NCBI GenBank assembly: GCA_022844165.1
Contig: JALHMH010000018.1
Coordinates: 1-64,000 of the forward strand
DNA length: 64,000 bases
Origin: Lysobacterales bacterium
GTDB lineage: Bacteria > Pseudomonadota > Gammaproteobacteria > Xanthomonadales > SZUA-5
Direction: 5' to 3'
The notes under the pieces: generated by a model
Seen by the model: only the letters and a program-made list of their open reading frames with translations
The model's database searches: none
Told to the model about the DNA's origin: nothing
Shown: piece by piece, positions 28,002-37,848 of the stretch
Position numbering within the stretch: the stretch's first letter is position 1
Layout: each line of letters opens with the position of its first letter
Made by a program: the position numbers and the translations under genes

Positions 28002-30140
28002 ATGCGCGCATTGGCATTGCTGTTGTTTCTCGCGCCGACCATGGTCGCCGCCCAGGCGACACCGCATCCCATCTTGTTCGTCACGCAAGTGCCGGTGCCG
28101 GTCGATTTTGCCGCCGTCGGCAGCACTTTCGCCAATCATCTGGCTGACATGGGCAGCGTCTGGCGCGGAGGCGATCTTTGGATACGCTATCCCGACGGCA
28201 GCTTGCGAAATCTGACCGCCGAGGCTGGTTTCGGCAATGCGGGTTTTCAGGGCACGGGGGCGATCGCCGTGCGCGACCCCGCAATGCATTGGGACGGCGA
28301 GCGCGCTGTGTTTTCGATGGTCGTGGGTGCACCGCCGAATCAGTTCCAGCAACTTTCGTTTCGCTGGCAAATGTATGTTGTGACGGGTTTGGGACAGGGC
28401 GAAACGGCATCGATCACGCTGGTGCCGAATCAGCCGCCGTACAACAACGTGATGCCCGCCTTTTTGTCGGACGGCAGTCTGGTGTTCTCCTCCGATCGCG
28501 CCCGCGATGGCTCGGCGCACCTGTATCCGCAGCACGACGAATACGAGTCCACCGAAACGGTTACGGGTCTTTGGCGCCTCGCGCCAGACGGCGCATTGAC
28601 CTTACTCGACCATTCGCCCTCAGGCGACTTTGATGCTTTTGTCGATAGTTTTGGGCGACTGTTGTTCACGCGCTGGGATCATCTGCAACGCGACCAACAG
28701 GCCGAAGTTCCCAGCAACCAAAACTTCGACTGGGCTTCCGAGGCAGCGAATGCCGCCACATCGGTGCCCAGCGAGGTATTTCCCGAACCGCGACTGGCTG
28801 TGGCGGGGTCGGGCGTCAACGGGCACCGTTTGAACAGTTTTTTTCCGTGGGAGCTGCGTCAGGATGGCACCCACGCCGAGTTCCTCAATCACCTGGGCCG
28901 CCACGAGCTGCAGGTGTATTTCGACCGCAGCTTTTCGAGCGACAACAACTTGCGCGAGTTCATCGCCGAGATCAGCGGTCGCACCAATCCGCGCGGCATC
29001 GAAAACATGTTCCAGATCAGCGAACACCCGAACACGCCGGGCCGCTATCTCGCCATCGACGCGCCCGAGTTCAATACCGCAGCCTCGGGGCAACTGCTGC
29101 GGTTCGATGCAGCCCCGAGCGTCAACCCCGACGATGTGGTGATCGATTATTTGACGCCGCGCAGCACCTTCGGCACAGCGCCAGCGGCCGATCACAGCGG
29201 CCACTATCGCAATCCAATTTACTTGAGCGACGGCAGCATCGTGGTCGCGCACACGAGCGAGCAGGGCGGCCTCGCCAACGTCGGCACCAATACAGCACCA
29301 CAGCCGAACTACCGCTTCCGACTCAAACGGATGGTCAATGGCGTGGGCGGCTTTTTGACGGCGGGCACGCCGTTGACCAACGGCATCAACAAGACCGTGA
29401 ATTGGTGGAGCCCAGATGTTGCGGTCAGCTACAGTGGCGAACTCTGGGAGTTGAGCCCGGTCGAAGTCCGCGCCAGAACGGTGCCGCCATTGACAAGCGA
29501 ACCGCCGCTCGCGGCGCCCGAAGCCGCCGCGTTTGCGGCTGCCGGCGTTGCACCGAGCACGTTCAAGGCCTTCTTGCGCGCACAGAATTTGGGATTGATC
29601 ACGGTGCGCAACAACACCGCACGCGATGATGCCGACCGCCAACAGCCGTTCCGTCTTCGTGTGCCCGGCGGCGTTAGTCATTTGCCCGGTACCGGTGCGA
29701 TTTACGACATACGCCATTTTCAACTCGTGCAAGGGGATCAGGTGCGGGGCATCGGTGGCGCGGCCAGCCCAGATCCAGGCCGTCGCGTCCTGGCGCGCTT
29801 CATGCACGGTCTGCCGGCAACGCTCAATCCCCCGAATCCCACCGGCCCGGCGAGCAGCGTCGGTATTTTTAGCGACGGCTCGTCCGCTTCGTTTGTGCCG
29901 ACACGTCGGGCGCTCAGTTGGCAAACCACCGATCCGGGCGGAACGCCTGTCGTCCGCGAGCGATTCTGGCTGACGCTGCAACCGGGCGAAATCCGTGCCT
30001 GCGATGGTTGCCACGGCGTCAACCGTGCCGGCCAGTCTGGACAATCGGCGGCTACCAATACGCCACAAGCGTTGATCGATTTGCTGCAGCGCTGGAGTCA
30101 GGCGAACGGCGGACTCATGTTCGCCGACAACTTCGAGTAA
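28002..30140 (+). CDS. Secreted hydrazine synthase alpha-like (propeller plus HZS_alpha-like) c-type heme protein with C-terminal MFADNFE
   Basis: Signal peptide; TolB-like VRDPAMHWDGERAVFSM and LVFSSDR; LLFTRWDH; ERFWLTLQPGEIRACDGCH (CxxCH); ends LMFADNFE. Confidence 0.75.
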   Translation: MRALALLLFLAPTMVAAQATPHPILFVTQVPVPVDFAAVGSTFANHLADMGSVWRGGDLWIRYPDGSLRNLTAEAGFGNAGFQGTGAIAVRDPAMHWDGERAVFSMVVGAPPNQFQQLSFRWQMYVVTGLGQGETASITLVPNQPPYNNVMPAFLSDGSLVFSSDRARDGSAHLYPQHDEYESTETVTGLWRLAPDGALTLLDHSPSGDFDAFVDSFGRLLFTRWDHLQRDQQAEVPSNQNFDWASEAANAATSVPSEVFPEPRLAVAGSGVNGHRLNSFFPWELRQDGTHAEFLNHLGRHELQVYFDRSFSSDNNLREFIAEISGRTNPRGIENMFQISEHPNTPGRYLAIDAPEFNTAASGQLLRFDAAPSVNPDDVVIDYLTPRSTFGTAPAADHSGHYRNPIYLSDGSIVVAHTSEQGGLANVGTNTAPQPNYRFRLKRMVNGVGGFLTAGTPLTNGINKTVNWWSPDVAVSYSGELWELSPVEVRARTVPPLTSEPPLAAPEAAAFAAAGVAPSTFKAFLRAQNLGLITVRNNTARDDADRQQPFRLRVPGGVSHLPGTGAIYDIRHFQLVQGDQVRGIGGAASPDPGRRVLARFMHGLPATLNPPNPTGPASSVGIFSDGSSASFVPTRRALSWQTTDPGGTPVVRERFWLTLQPGEIRACDGCHGVNRAGQSGQSAATNTPQALIDLLQRWSQANGGLMFADNFE

Positions 30141-30225
30141 GTGCCGCGCCTTTGCGCGCCGAATCGGCGCGCCTGCTCCGCACGAACGGCGCAACGCGTA
30201 GTCTTGTCAGCCTCTCGATGACCGG

Positions 30226-32931
30226 ATGTCGCTCATGGCTACGCTGTATTTGATCGACGGCTCAAGTTTCATGTATCGCGCGTTCCACGCGCTACCGCCG
30301 CTGAGCAACTCGGCCGGTGAACCGACCGGCGCGCTGTTCGGCGTGGTCAACATGCTGCGTAAAATTATGAGCGAGGCCAAACCGGAGTATCTGGCCTTCG
30401 TGTTCGATGCGTCGGGCCCGACCTTCCGAGATGCGCTGTATTCCGAGTACAAGGCCAATCGCCCGCCGATGCCGGAAGACTTGCGCGCGCAAATCGAACC
30501 GTTGTTGACTTTAGTCGAAGCGCTGGGCGTACCGATACTGCGCGAGTCCGGGGTCGAGGCCGACGACGTGATCGGAACACTCGCGCTGCAAGGACTGGCC
30601 GCGCAGCAGGAAGTGGTCATCGCCACCAGCGATAAAGACTTGACGCAATTGGTTCGGCCCGGGATTCGCTGGCAGAACTCGATGACCGGAGAGACGCTCG
30701 ACAGCGCTGGTGTGGCCGTGAAGTTTGGCGTTCCGCCGGAGCGCATCATCGACTATCTGGCGCTGATGGGCGATAGCGTCGACAACGTTCCTGGTGTCGA
30801 GAAGTGCGGGCCAAAAACCGCTGCCAAATGGATCGCAGAATTCGGCTCGCTCGAGGGCGTCATGGCACGCTCGGGCGAGGTCTCCGGCAAAATCGGCGAG
30901 TATCTGCGCGCGGCACTCGATCGGCTGCCGCTCAATCGCCAGTTGGTGACGGTAAAGACCGACGTTGCACTGCCGGTCGGCGTGACCGACTTGAAGCGCA
31001 CCGAGCCCAACATCGAGAAGTTGCGAGAACTCTACTTCCGATACGGATTCAAGCAGGCGCTCAATGAAATCGGCGGACCGCCCGCAGCGGCGCCGAAGCC
31101 GGAAGTGGTCGCCAAACCGATTGAAAAGCACTATGCGCTGATCATGGATATGACGGCGCTTCAGCTGTGGATCGCCAAGCTGCAAGCAGCGGATGCATTC
31201 GCATTCGATACCGAAACCACCAGCATCGACGCGCAACAGGCGGAACTCGTTGGCGTCTCTTTCGCCGTTGCACCCGGCGATGCGGCTTACCTGCCGCTGG
31301 CGCACGATTTTCCCGGAGCACCGCCACAACTGGAGTGCAAGCGCGTGCTGGATGCACTCAAGCCGATTCTTGAAGATGCAGGCAAGACCAAGATCGCGCA
31401 GCACGGCAAGTACGATATCAACGTGCTAACGCGCTATGGCATTGACATTGCCGGGTTCCGCTACGACACGATGCTCGAATCCTACGTGCTCGACTCGACT
31501 GCGACGCTGCACAATATGGATGCGCTCGCCAAACATTACCTGGGCATTCAGACCGTTGCGTACGAAGAGGTTGCAGGCAAAGGCGCGAAACAAATCGGCT
31601 TCTCGCAGGTGGCGCTCGACGATGCAATGAACTATGCCGCGGAAGACGCCGATGTGACCTTGCGCCTGCATCACCATTTGTGGCCGAAGCTGCAAGAGAC
31701 GCCCGCCTTGAAGCGCGTATTCGAAGACATCGAAATGCCGCTGGCACCGGTGCTGGCGCGCATGGAACGACGTGGCGTACTAATCGATGCCGCGTTGATG
31801 CGGCAACAAAGCAACGAGCTCGGTAAAGCGATGCACCAGCTGGCTATGGCGGCTGAAGCACTGGTTGGACATCCGTTTTCGCTGGACTCCCCAAAACAGC
31901 TGGCGCAGGTGTTGTACGTCGAACGTGGCCTGCCGATCAAACAGCGCACGCCGTCGGGCGCGCCGTCGACCAACGAAGATGCCCTCGAAGATCTGGCCGA
32001 TGTCGATGAGCTGCCGAAGAAGATCCTCGAATACCGCTCGTTGGCGAAACTCAAAGGTACCTATACCGACAAGTTGCCGGAGCTCATCAACCCACGCACC
32101 GGGCGCGTACACACGAGTTTCCATCAAGCCGTCGCCGCCACCGGTCGATTGTCCTCATCCGATCCGAACTTGCAGAACATTCCGATCCGCACCGCCGAAG
32201 GCCGGCGCATTCGCCAGGCTTTCGTTGCACCGCCCGGCTGGGTCTTGCTCGCCGCCGACTACTCGCAAATCGAGTTGCGCATCATGGCGCATCTGTCGAA
32301 CGATACGGGCCTGCTGAGCGCATTCGGCGCAGGCGCCGATATTCATCGCGCCACCGCGGCCGAGGTTTTCGGCAAGAGTCTGGCCGAGGTCAGCAGCAAT
32401 GAGCGTCGCGCCGCCAAAGCGATCAACTTCGGATTGATTTACGGCATGAGCGCTTTCGGCCTGGGCAAACAACTGGGCATTGGCCGCGCCCAGGCGCAGC
32501 AGTACGTCGATCTGTATTTCCAGCGTTATCCCGGCGTACGCGCGTATATGGACGAAACGCGCAAATCCGCGCGCGCCAAGGGCTATGTCGAAACCGTGTT
32601 CGGCCGCCGCCTGTATCTCCCGGACATCGCTGCAAAGAGCTTCGCTGCCCGCGGCGGCGCCGAGCGGGCCGCGATCAATGCGCCGATGCAGGGCACCGCC
32701 GCCGACATCATCAAGCGCGCGATGATCGAACTCGACCGCTGGCTCGCAGACAAAGATGACGCAGCGCGGATGCTGCTGCAGGTCCACGACGAGTTGGTGT
32801 TCGAGGTGCGCGAGGATGCGATCGATGCCTTCAAGACCGGCATCGCCGACCGTATGCAAGCCGCCGCTACGCTCAAAGTGCCGCTGCTCGTCGACGTCGG
32901 CACTGGCCGGCACTGGGATGCGGCGCATTGA
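30226..32931 (+). CDS. polA: DNA polymerase I
   Basis: LIDGSSFMYRAFHA 5'-3' exonuclease, FDTET 3'-5' exonuclease, TGRLSSSDPNLQNIP, DYSQIELR, QVHDEL. Confidence 0.99.
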   Translation: MSLMATLYLIDGSSFMYRAFHALPPLSNSAGEPTGALFGVVNMLRKIMSEAKPEYLAFVFDASGPTFRDALYSEYKANRPPMPEDLRAQIEPLLTLVEALGVPILRESGVEADDVIGTLALQGLAAQQEVVIATSDKDLTQLVRPGIRWQNSMTGETLDSAGVAVKFGVPPERIIDYLALMGDSVDNVPGVEKCGPKTAAKWIAEFGSLEGVMARSGEVSGKIGEYLRAALDRLPLNRQLVTVKTDVALPVGVTDLKRTEPNIEKLRELYFRYGFKQALNEIGGPPAAAPKPEVVAKPIEKHYALIMDMTALQLWIAKLQAADAFAFDTETTSIDAQQAELVGVSFAVAPGDAAYLPLAHDFPGAPPQLECKRVLDALKPILEDAGKTKIAQHGKYDINVLTRYGIDIAGFRYDTMLESYVLDSTATLHNMDALAKHYLGIQTVAYEEVAGKGAKQIGFSQVALDDAMNYAAEDADVTLRLHHHLWPKLQETPALKRVFEDIEMPLAPVLARMERRGVLIDAALMRQQSNELGKAMHQLAMAAEALVGHPFSLDSPKQLAQVLYVERGLPIKQRTPSGAPSTNEDALEDLADVDELPKKILEYRSLAKLKGTYTDKLPELINPRTGRVHTSFHQAVAATGRLSSSDPNLQNIPIRTAEGRRIRQAFVAPPGWVLLAADYSQIELRIMAHLSNDTGLLSAFGAGADIHRATAAEVFGKSLAEVSSNERRAAKAINFGLIYGMSAFGLGKQLGIGRAQAQQYVDLYFQRYPGVRAYMDETRKSARAKGYVETVFGRRLYLPDIAAKSFAARGGAERAAINAPMQGTAADIIKRAMIELDRWLADKDDAARMLLQVHDELVFEVREDAIDAFKTGIADRMQAAATLKVPLLVDVGTGRHWDAAH

Positions 32932-33270
32932 TGATCGGCAGCGCTGGCTGTGTTGGCTTCGATCCGGAATCGCGTCCAGCGCAATCATCCGGGCGCGATT
33001 GGCTCTGTCACGGAAAGAGAAGTCGAAAATCGGAATGAACAGCAAGTCGTAGACAGGCGGCGTGCGACTGAAGGATGAGTCAGTTCAAATTGCGCATCCA
33101 GCGAGCTGTTTAACTGGATCGAAGAGGCCTATCGCGCTGCATGAGGCCTGGTGGCAACCAACACGCCTGCAGCCCGAAGTCCCAATTGACGGACACTGAG
33201 CGACAACCGCTGCACTGGATCTCAACGCTATCCTGCACATGTGCGGCATTGGCGAAACAGGAGCATTTGG

Positions 33271-34554
33271 ATGCATCAGGCCCCACGCGCCACGGCGGCT
33301 GCGGTCGTCGGCACGGTCTTCGAATGGTTCGACTTCTTTCTCTACGGCAGCCTCGTTGCGGTTCTGAGCGCGCAGTTTTTTCCTTCAGATCAACCGACCG
33401 CAGGACTGTTGGCAGCGCTCGCCGCCTATGGCGCAGGCTGGATCGTGCGGCCGCTGGGCGCACTGTACTTTGGGCGTATGGGAGATCGGATCGGGCGTAA
33501 GAAGACGTTCTTGATCACGATTTCGCTGATGGGCGGCGCGACCGTTGCGATCGGTTGTTTGCCAACCTATGCCCAGGTGGGGCTGCTCGCACCCACGCTG
33601 CTCGTCGCGCTGCGCTTACTGCAGGGATTTGCGGTGGGCGGCGAGTTTGGTGGTGCGGCTACGTACGTCGCGGAACACGCGCCCGATCGGCATCGCGCGC
33701 TGTACACGAGTTTGATCCAGGGTACGGGAACCTTGGGCTTGTTGTTAGCGCTGTTGGTGATCGGCGGCGTGCGTGCCGCGCTCGGCGCCGAGGCGTTTAA
33801 CGACTGGGGATGGCGGGTGCCGTTCCTGCTGTCGATTCTGCTGCTTGCGCTGTCGATTTACATGCGCTTGTCGCTGCACGAGTCGCCGTTGTTTGCACGC
33901 GCACAGGCGGCCGGGCAGCTCTCCAAATCGCCATTGAAGGAAGCGTTTTCCAGTCGCGAACACGTACGCTCGATGGGTCTTGCCATTCTCACGCTGACGA
34001 TGGCGCAAGGCGTGGTCTGGACCACCGGGCAGTTCTTCCCGTTGGTGTTCATGCAATCGACACTGGGGCTTGACGTGGGTGTCGCTTCGGGCGTGATGGC
34101 GGCGGTGCTCGCGGCCAGCGCGCCTTTGTTTCCCGCTGCGGGTTGGCTCGCCGATCGTATCGGTCGCCGTCCGGTGGTGATTGGTGGCTTTGTGCTGTCG
34201 GCGCTACTGATCATGCCGGTGTTCAAGGGTCTGGGCGCGGCCGCAGCGCCATTTTCGTTCGGCGCGGCATTCGCCTGGCTGATGCTGCTTGCGATACCAG
34301 TCGCATTGGTGTGTGCACCCGCGAGCGCCTATCTCGTGGAGTTGTTCCCCACACGCATTCGCTACAGCGCGATGGGCTTGCCCTACCACTTGGGCAACGG
34401 CTGGTTCGGCGGTTTCATGCCGCTGGCCACCGCGGCCATCGGCGCACACTTTGGCGATCCCTATGCGGGCTTTTACTACTCGATCGCATTGTCCATTGCG
34501 TGCGCACTTGCGGCCTTTTTTCTCATGCCAGAGACACGCGGGCGAGCGCTGTAG
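33271..34554 (+). CDS. MFS transporter, metabolite:H+ symporter family
   Basis: GTVFEWFDFFLY, GDRIGRK, GGEFGGA, WGWRVPF, ELFPTRIRY; AGGAG RBS. Confidence 0.93.
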   Translation: MHQAPRATAAAVVGTVFEWFDFFLYGSLVAVLSAQFFPSDQPTAGLLAALAAYGAGWIVRPLGALYFGRMGDRIGRKKTFLITISLMGGATVAIGCLPTYAQVGLLAPTLLVALRLLQGFAVGGEFGGAATYVAEHAPDRHRALYTSLIQGTGTLGLLLALLVIGGVRAALGAEAFNDWGWRVPFLLSILLLALSIYMRLSLHESPLFARAQAAGQLSKSPLKEAFSSREHVRSMGLAILTLTMAQGVVWTTGQFFPLVFMQSTLGLDVGVASGVMAAVLAASAPLFPAAGWLADRIGRRPVVIGGFVLSALLIMPVFKGLGAAAAPFSFGAAFAWLMLLAIPVALVCAPASAYLVELFPTRIRYSAMGLPYHLGNGWFGGFMPLATAAIGAHFGDPYAGFYYSIALSIACALAAFFLMPETRGRAL

Positions 34555-34589
34555 CGCCGCCACGGAGCGGCGGCGCGTCCGATCACGCG

Positions 34590-36790
34590 TTATTCGAAGC
34601 CATTCGCAAACACACCGTCATTGTCGAAGGTATGCGACCAGACGCCACGGCCCAGCGTGCCTGCATAGAGCGTCTGAGTGGATGGCACGTAGCGCAGGTC
34701 GAATACCAATACGTCCGGTAACGCGCTGCCGAGTTGCGACCAGACAGCGCTATCGACGGCCGCTGTGTAAACGCCCGATCGTGTGCCCAGTGCGACCTCC
34801 CCGCGGCCAGCGAGAAACTCAATCGTGCGGAAGTCGACGGACGAGATCGCGCCTAGATTTCCGGTGACATCGGTCCAGGTCACGCCGGCGTCCGTTGAGC
34901 GAAACACCTGGTTGTCATCGATCGCGAAGACCAGGTTGCTGGTGGCTGGGTCCATCGCCACGTCAGTGATCGTAGCAGCACCAGCAGGCAAGGCCGAAGT
35001 GACCACAAAGGTGGCCGTTCCCGGCGCGCGGTAATGCACGGCTGCGCTGCGACCGACGTAGGCAACTTCGGGTGCGGCCGTCGCACCGTAAGCCATCGCG
35101 TTGCGATTAGCGCCAGGGCCGCCGAGCGACGTGAGTGTCGGTGCGCCGCTGTCGGCGTTCGTCGATTCATAGATGGTATTGACCCCGCCGACCAACAATC
35201 GCGATGGATTTGCGGCGCTCAGTTCGGTGGGCGTAACGAATTGCGGGTCGGCAATGTTCGGCATCCCCAAATTCCCGGTCTGCGTGTTCGTCATATCAAA
35301 CGCGGCACGGCGAAAACCGCCGAGGTTCTGTGCGCTAATGAAGCGGAAACTGCTCGCCGGCGTGCGCGCGCGATCGTCGATCACAACATCGCCGCCGTCG
35401 CCACTGTTAATCCAGCGCCATCGCGGATCGACCGCCGTGACCTGCATATGCGTGCCGTTATCCTGGGTACCGATCACCAGGATGTTACTGACGCTGTCGT
35501 GATCCAGATCGTGCACCTCCATCACATTGAGATTTCCGTTGACCGATACCCACGCCCGCGTGGAGGCGCCTGGGTTGCTCAAGCGATAGACGCCGCCGTC
35601 GTCGCTTTGCAGAAGATTTCCGGCGGCATCGAACGCCATCGCACGGCTGTCGGCATGGGGCGCCGTGTTGTTCGCACCGCCGTCGACGACCGAAGTCGCC
35701 TGGGCACCCAGCGTCGAGGCTGCGTTAACGCGAAACACACTGCCTGTGAACGGGCTGGCTGTGATGCGGTCCCCAGCGATGTAAACCACATTCCCATCCA
35801 GCGGATCGGCGGCGATCGACGTATTGGTACCGCCCTGGCCTCCGGGGTGGATGTTCGGTTCATCGAGCGCAACCCAGGTTGCGCCTCGATCCGGCGAGCG
35901 CATCAACGCAGTAATTCGCCCGGCCTGGACAACAATGACGAAGACGCTCTGCCCAGGCCCAACTGCGATACGAATCCGACTATTCGCCGGCGCCACGTCG
36001 GTCAACCCGGCGGTGATGTCAGTCCATGTCGCGCCGAAATTTTCGCTGCGATGCACAGTGCCGTTGCGCACTGCGGCGTAGAGCCGGTTGCTATTGGCCG
36101 GATCGACGACCAAATCGTGGATGCCGCCGGTGGGCAAGACGCTGCCTGAGACGTTGGTCCAAGTCGCACCCGTATCCGACGAGCGGAACAAGCCGCCGCC
36201 AAACGACGCTGCCAAGATCTCTGCGCCGCGCGCTTGCACGCCAACGAGTTTCTGACCAAGCAGATCCGTACTGCCGAGCAGCGTCCAACTCAGACCGCCA
36301 TTGGTTGTGCGGTACACGCCAATCTCATCGTCGCCGCGCTGCGCGAAATTGCTCCAGCGGCCAAGACCGGCCACGAGTGTCTGTGAGGTCGCATCGGTCG
36401 GGTCGAAACTGATGGCACCGATCGATTGCGACGGCATCCCGTCGGTCAGCGGCGCCCAACTCGGACGCGCGGCGAGCGCGTCGTTGGTTCGCCAAACGCC
36501 ACCATTGACGCCGCCGATATAGAGAATGTTCGCATTCGTTGGGTGCGGCGCGAGCGCGTGCACAGCGCCCGAAACTTCGTTGTCCGGGGGACTCTGACTT
36601 GCGCCGAAAATGTTGGCGCTGGACCGCGTTCGATCCAGGTCGCACCGCTGCCGCGATCAGACTGCATCGGCGGGACGATCGCGGGCCGCTCCTCGGAAGG
36701 GTCCACCGGTTCGGCATCGCCGAGTACGGTTGGTCGCGACACACAACCGGTTAAACAGCTCAATGCAAGAATCAGGAGGATGCGGTTCAC
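34590..36790 (-). pseudogene. Lipoprotein with Asp-box/BNR beta-propellers and C-terminal VFANGFE; 1-nt frameshift at G5 run 36586-36590 (pseudogene or sequencing error)
   Basis: GTG at 36790 gives MNRILLILALSCLTGC (lipobox). One extra C joins ..AQVRVPPDNEVSGAVHALAPHP to the 34590..36563 ORF, which has RTTNGGLSW, RSSDTGATW and RSTDAGVTW Asp-boxes. Confidence 0.8.
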
Positions 36791-36866
36791 AGCAGTCGGT
36801 CGAGGGCCAAAGACCGCGAGAAGATCGCGCAGATTCGACGTCTTCGCCAGTGCCATCGCGAGAAAA

Positions 36867-37538
36867 TCAGCCCAGCGACATCGGCTTGGATATCCCGAGC
36901 CACATCGCAGCAAAAATTGCGATCCAGATCACCCAGACAATCGGCTTGACCTGCGCGATGATTCTGCGCATTGCCGTCTCATCCTCCGCCGTGGCGAGGC
37001 CGTTGGCGACCTTGGCCAGCAACGGACCGAAGGGCAATAACTGTCGGCGGATCACGAGGCCACAGACAATAATCGCGGCGAATAGCCCGACTTTGGCCTG
37101 CAGCCAGAATTGATCAGCCAACGGTGCACCGCGGCGGATGCTCTGAATCAACATCGCCACAAGGCCCAGTGCGATTGCGATTCGCAGCAGCCAGTCGAAG
37201 CGACGCAGGCGCTCGCCCAACGCTGAATGCTCGCGCAGGTGCACGGCCCAGACCATGACCAGCCAGGCAAGGCAGAACACCAGCACAGCGACAACCCCGG
37301 GGCCGTCGATGGATAGAAAGCCCATTACCTGCGCCAGCGCCATTCCGCTGCCCAACATCAGCACCAGACACGTCCGCGGAATCATGTCCGCCAACAACAT
37401 CAGTTTTGCTGCATACATGCGGACCGCGGCGGGGCGTTGGCGGTCGATGACATGATTGCTGACCAGGTAGACGACCAGATCTGAGCCCAACCAATAGATG
37501 ACGCACAACAAGTGAAACAACAGGGCAAGGGTGTACAT
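36867..37538 (-). CDS. Integral membrane protein (CopD/DUF2269-like clan, tentative)
   Basis: About six TMs; FHLLCVIYWLG first helix, WLQAKV, C-terminal GISKP. Confidence 0.7.
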   Translation of the reverse strand: MYTLALLFHLLCVIYWLGSDLVVYLVSNHVIDRQRPAAVRMYAAKLMLLADMIPRTCLVLMLGSGMALAQVMGFLSIDGPGVVAVLVFCLAWLVMVWAVHLREHSALGERLRRFDWLLRIAIALGLVAMLIQSIRRGAPLADQFWLQAKVGLFAAIIVCGLVIRRQLLPFGPLLAKVANGLATAEDETAMRRIIAQVKPIVWVIWIAIFAAMWLGISKPMSLG

Positions 37539-37848
37539 GGGTCGTCGTGTTTGCCGTTCGGTTGAGGTCTGATTCTCGCATTCACGCGCCGAGCGCTAAA
37601 CCCGCATTCCGCCTTTTCTCGCCCCACTCCGGCGCAAAAGAACCTCTCTAGCGGCGCAGCCGCCAATCGTTCAGTCTGGCGCGCAGCTCGCGCTGCGCAA
37701 GCTCGCCGGCGTCCAGTCTGGTGCGGCGGCGCGGTTGTCGGGTGGAGCTGTTGCCCTGAATCCGGCGCGCTGCTGGTGCGAAGCGGTAAAAACCCCACCC
37801 GCCCCAAGTCCCCGTTACGCTAAGAACCGCCCATACCGGAGACGCTTC

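Noticed and set aside
28002-30140. Evidence for anammox metabolism
   Set aside because: Only an alpha-like domain is present, with no hzsB/hzsC or hydrazine dehydrogenase, in an ordinary heterotroph-like gene context.
32932-33270. Small gene or ncRNA between polA and the MFS transporter
   Set aside because: Only short ORFs without an RBS or motif are present, and I recognised no RNA family.
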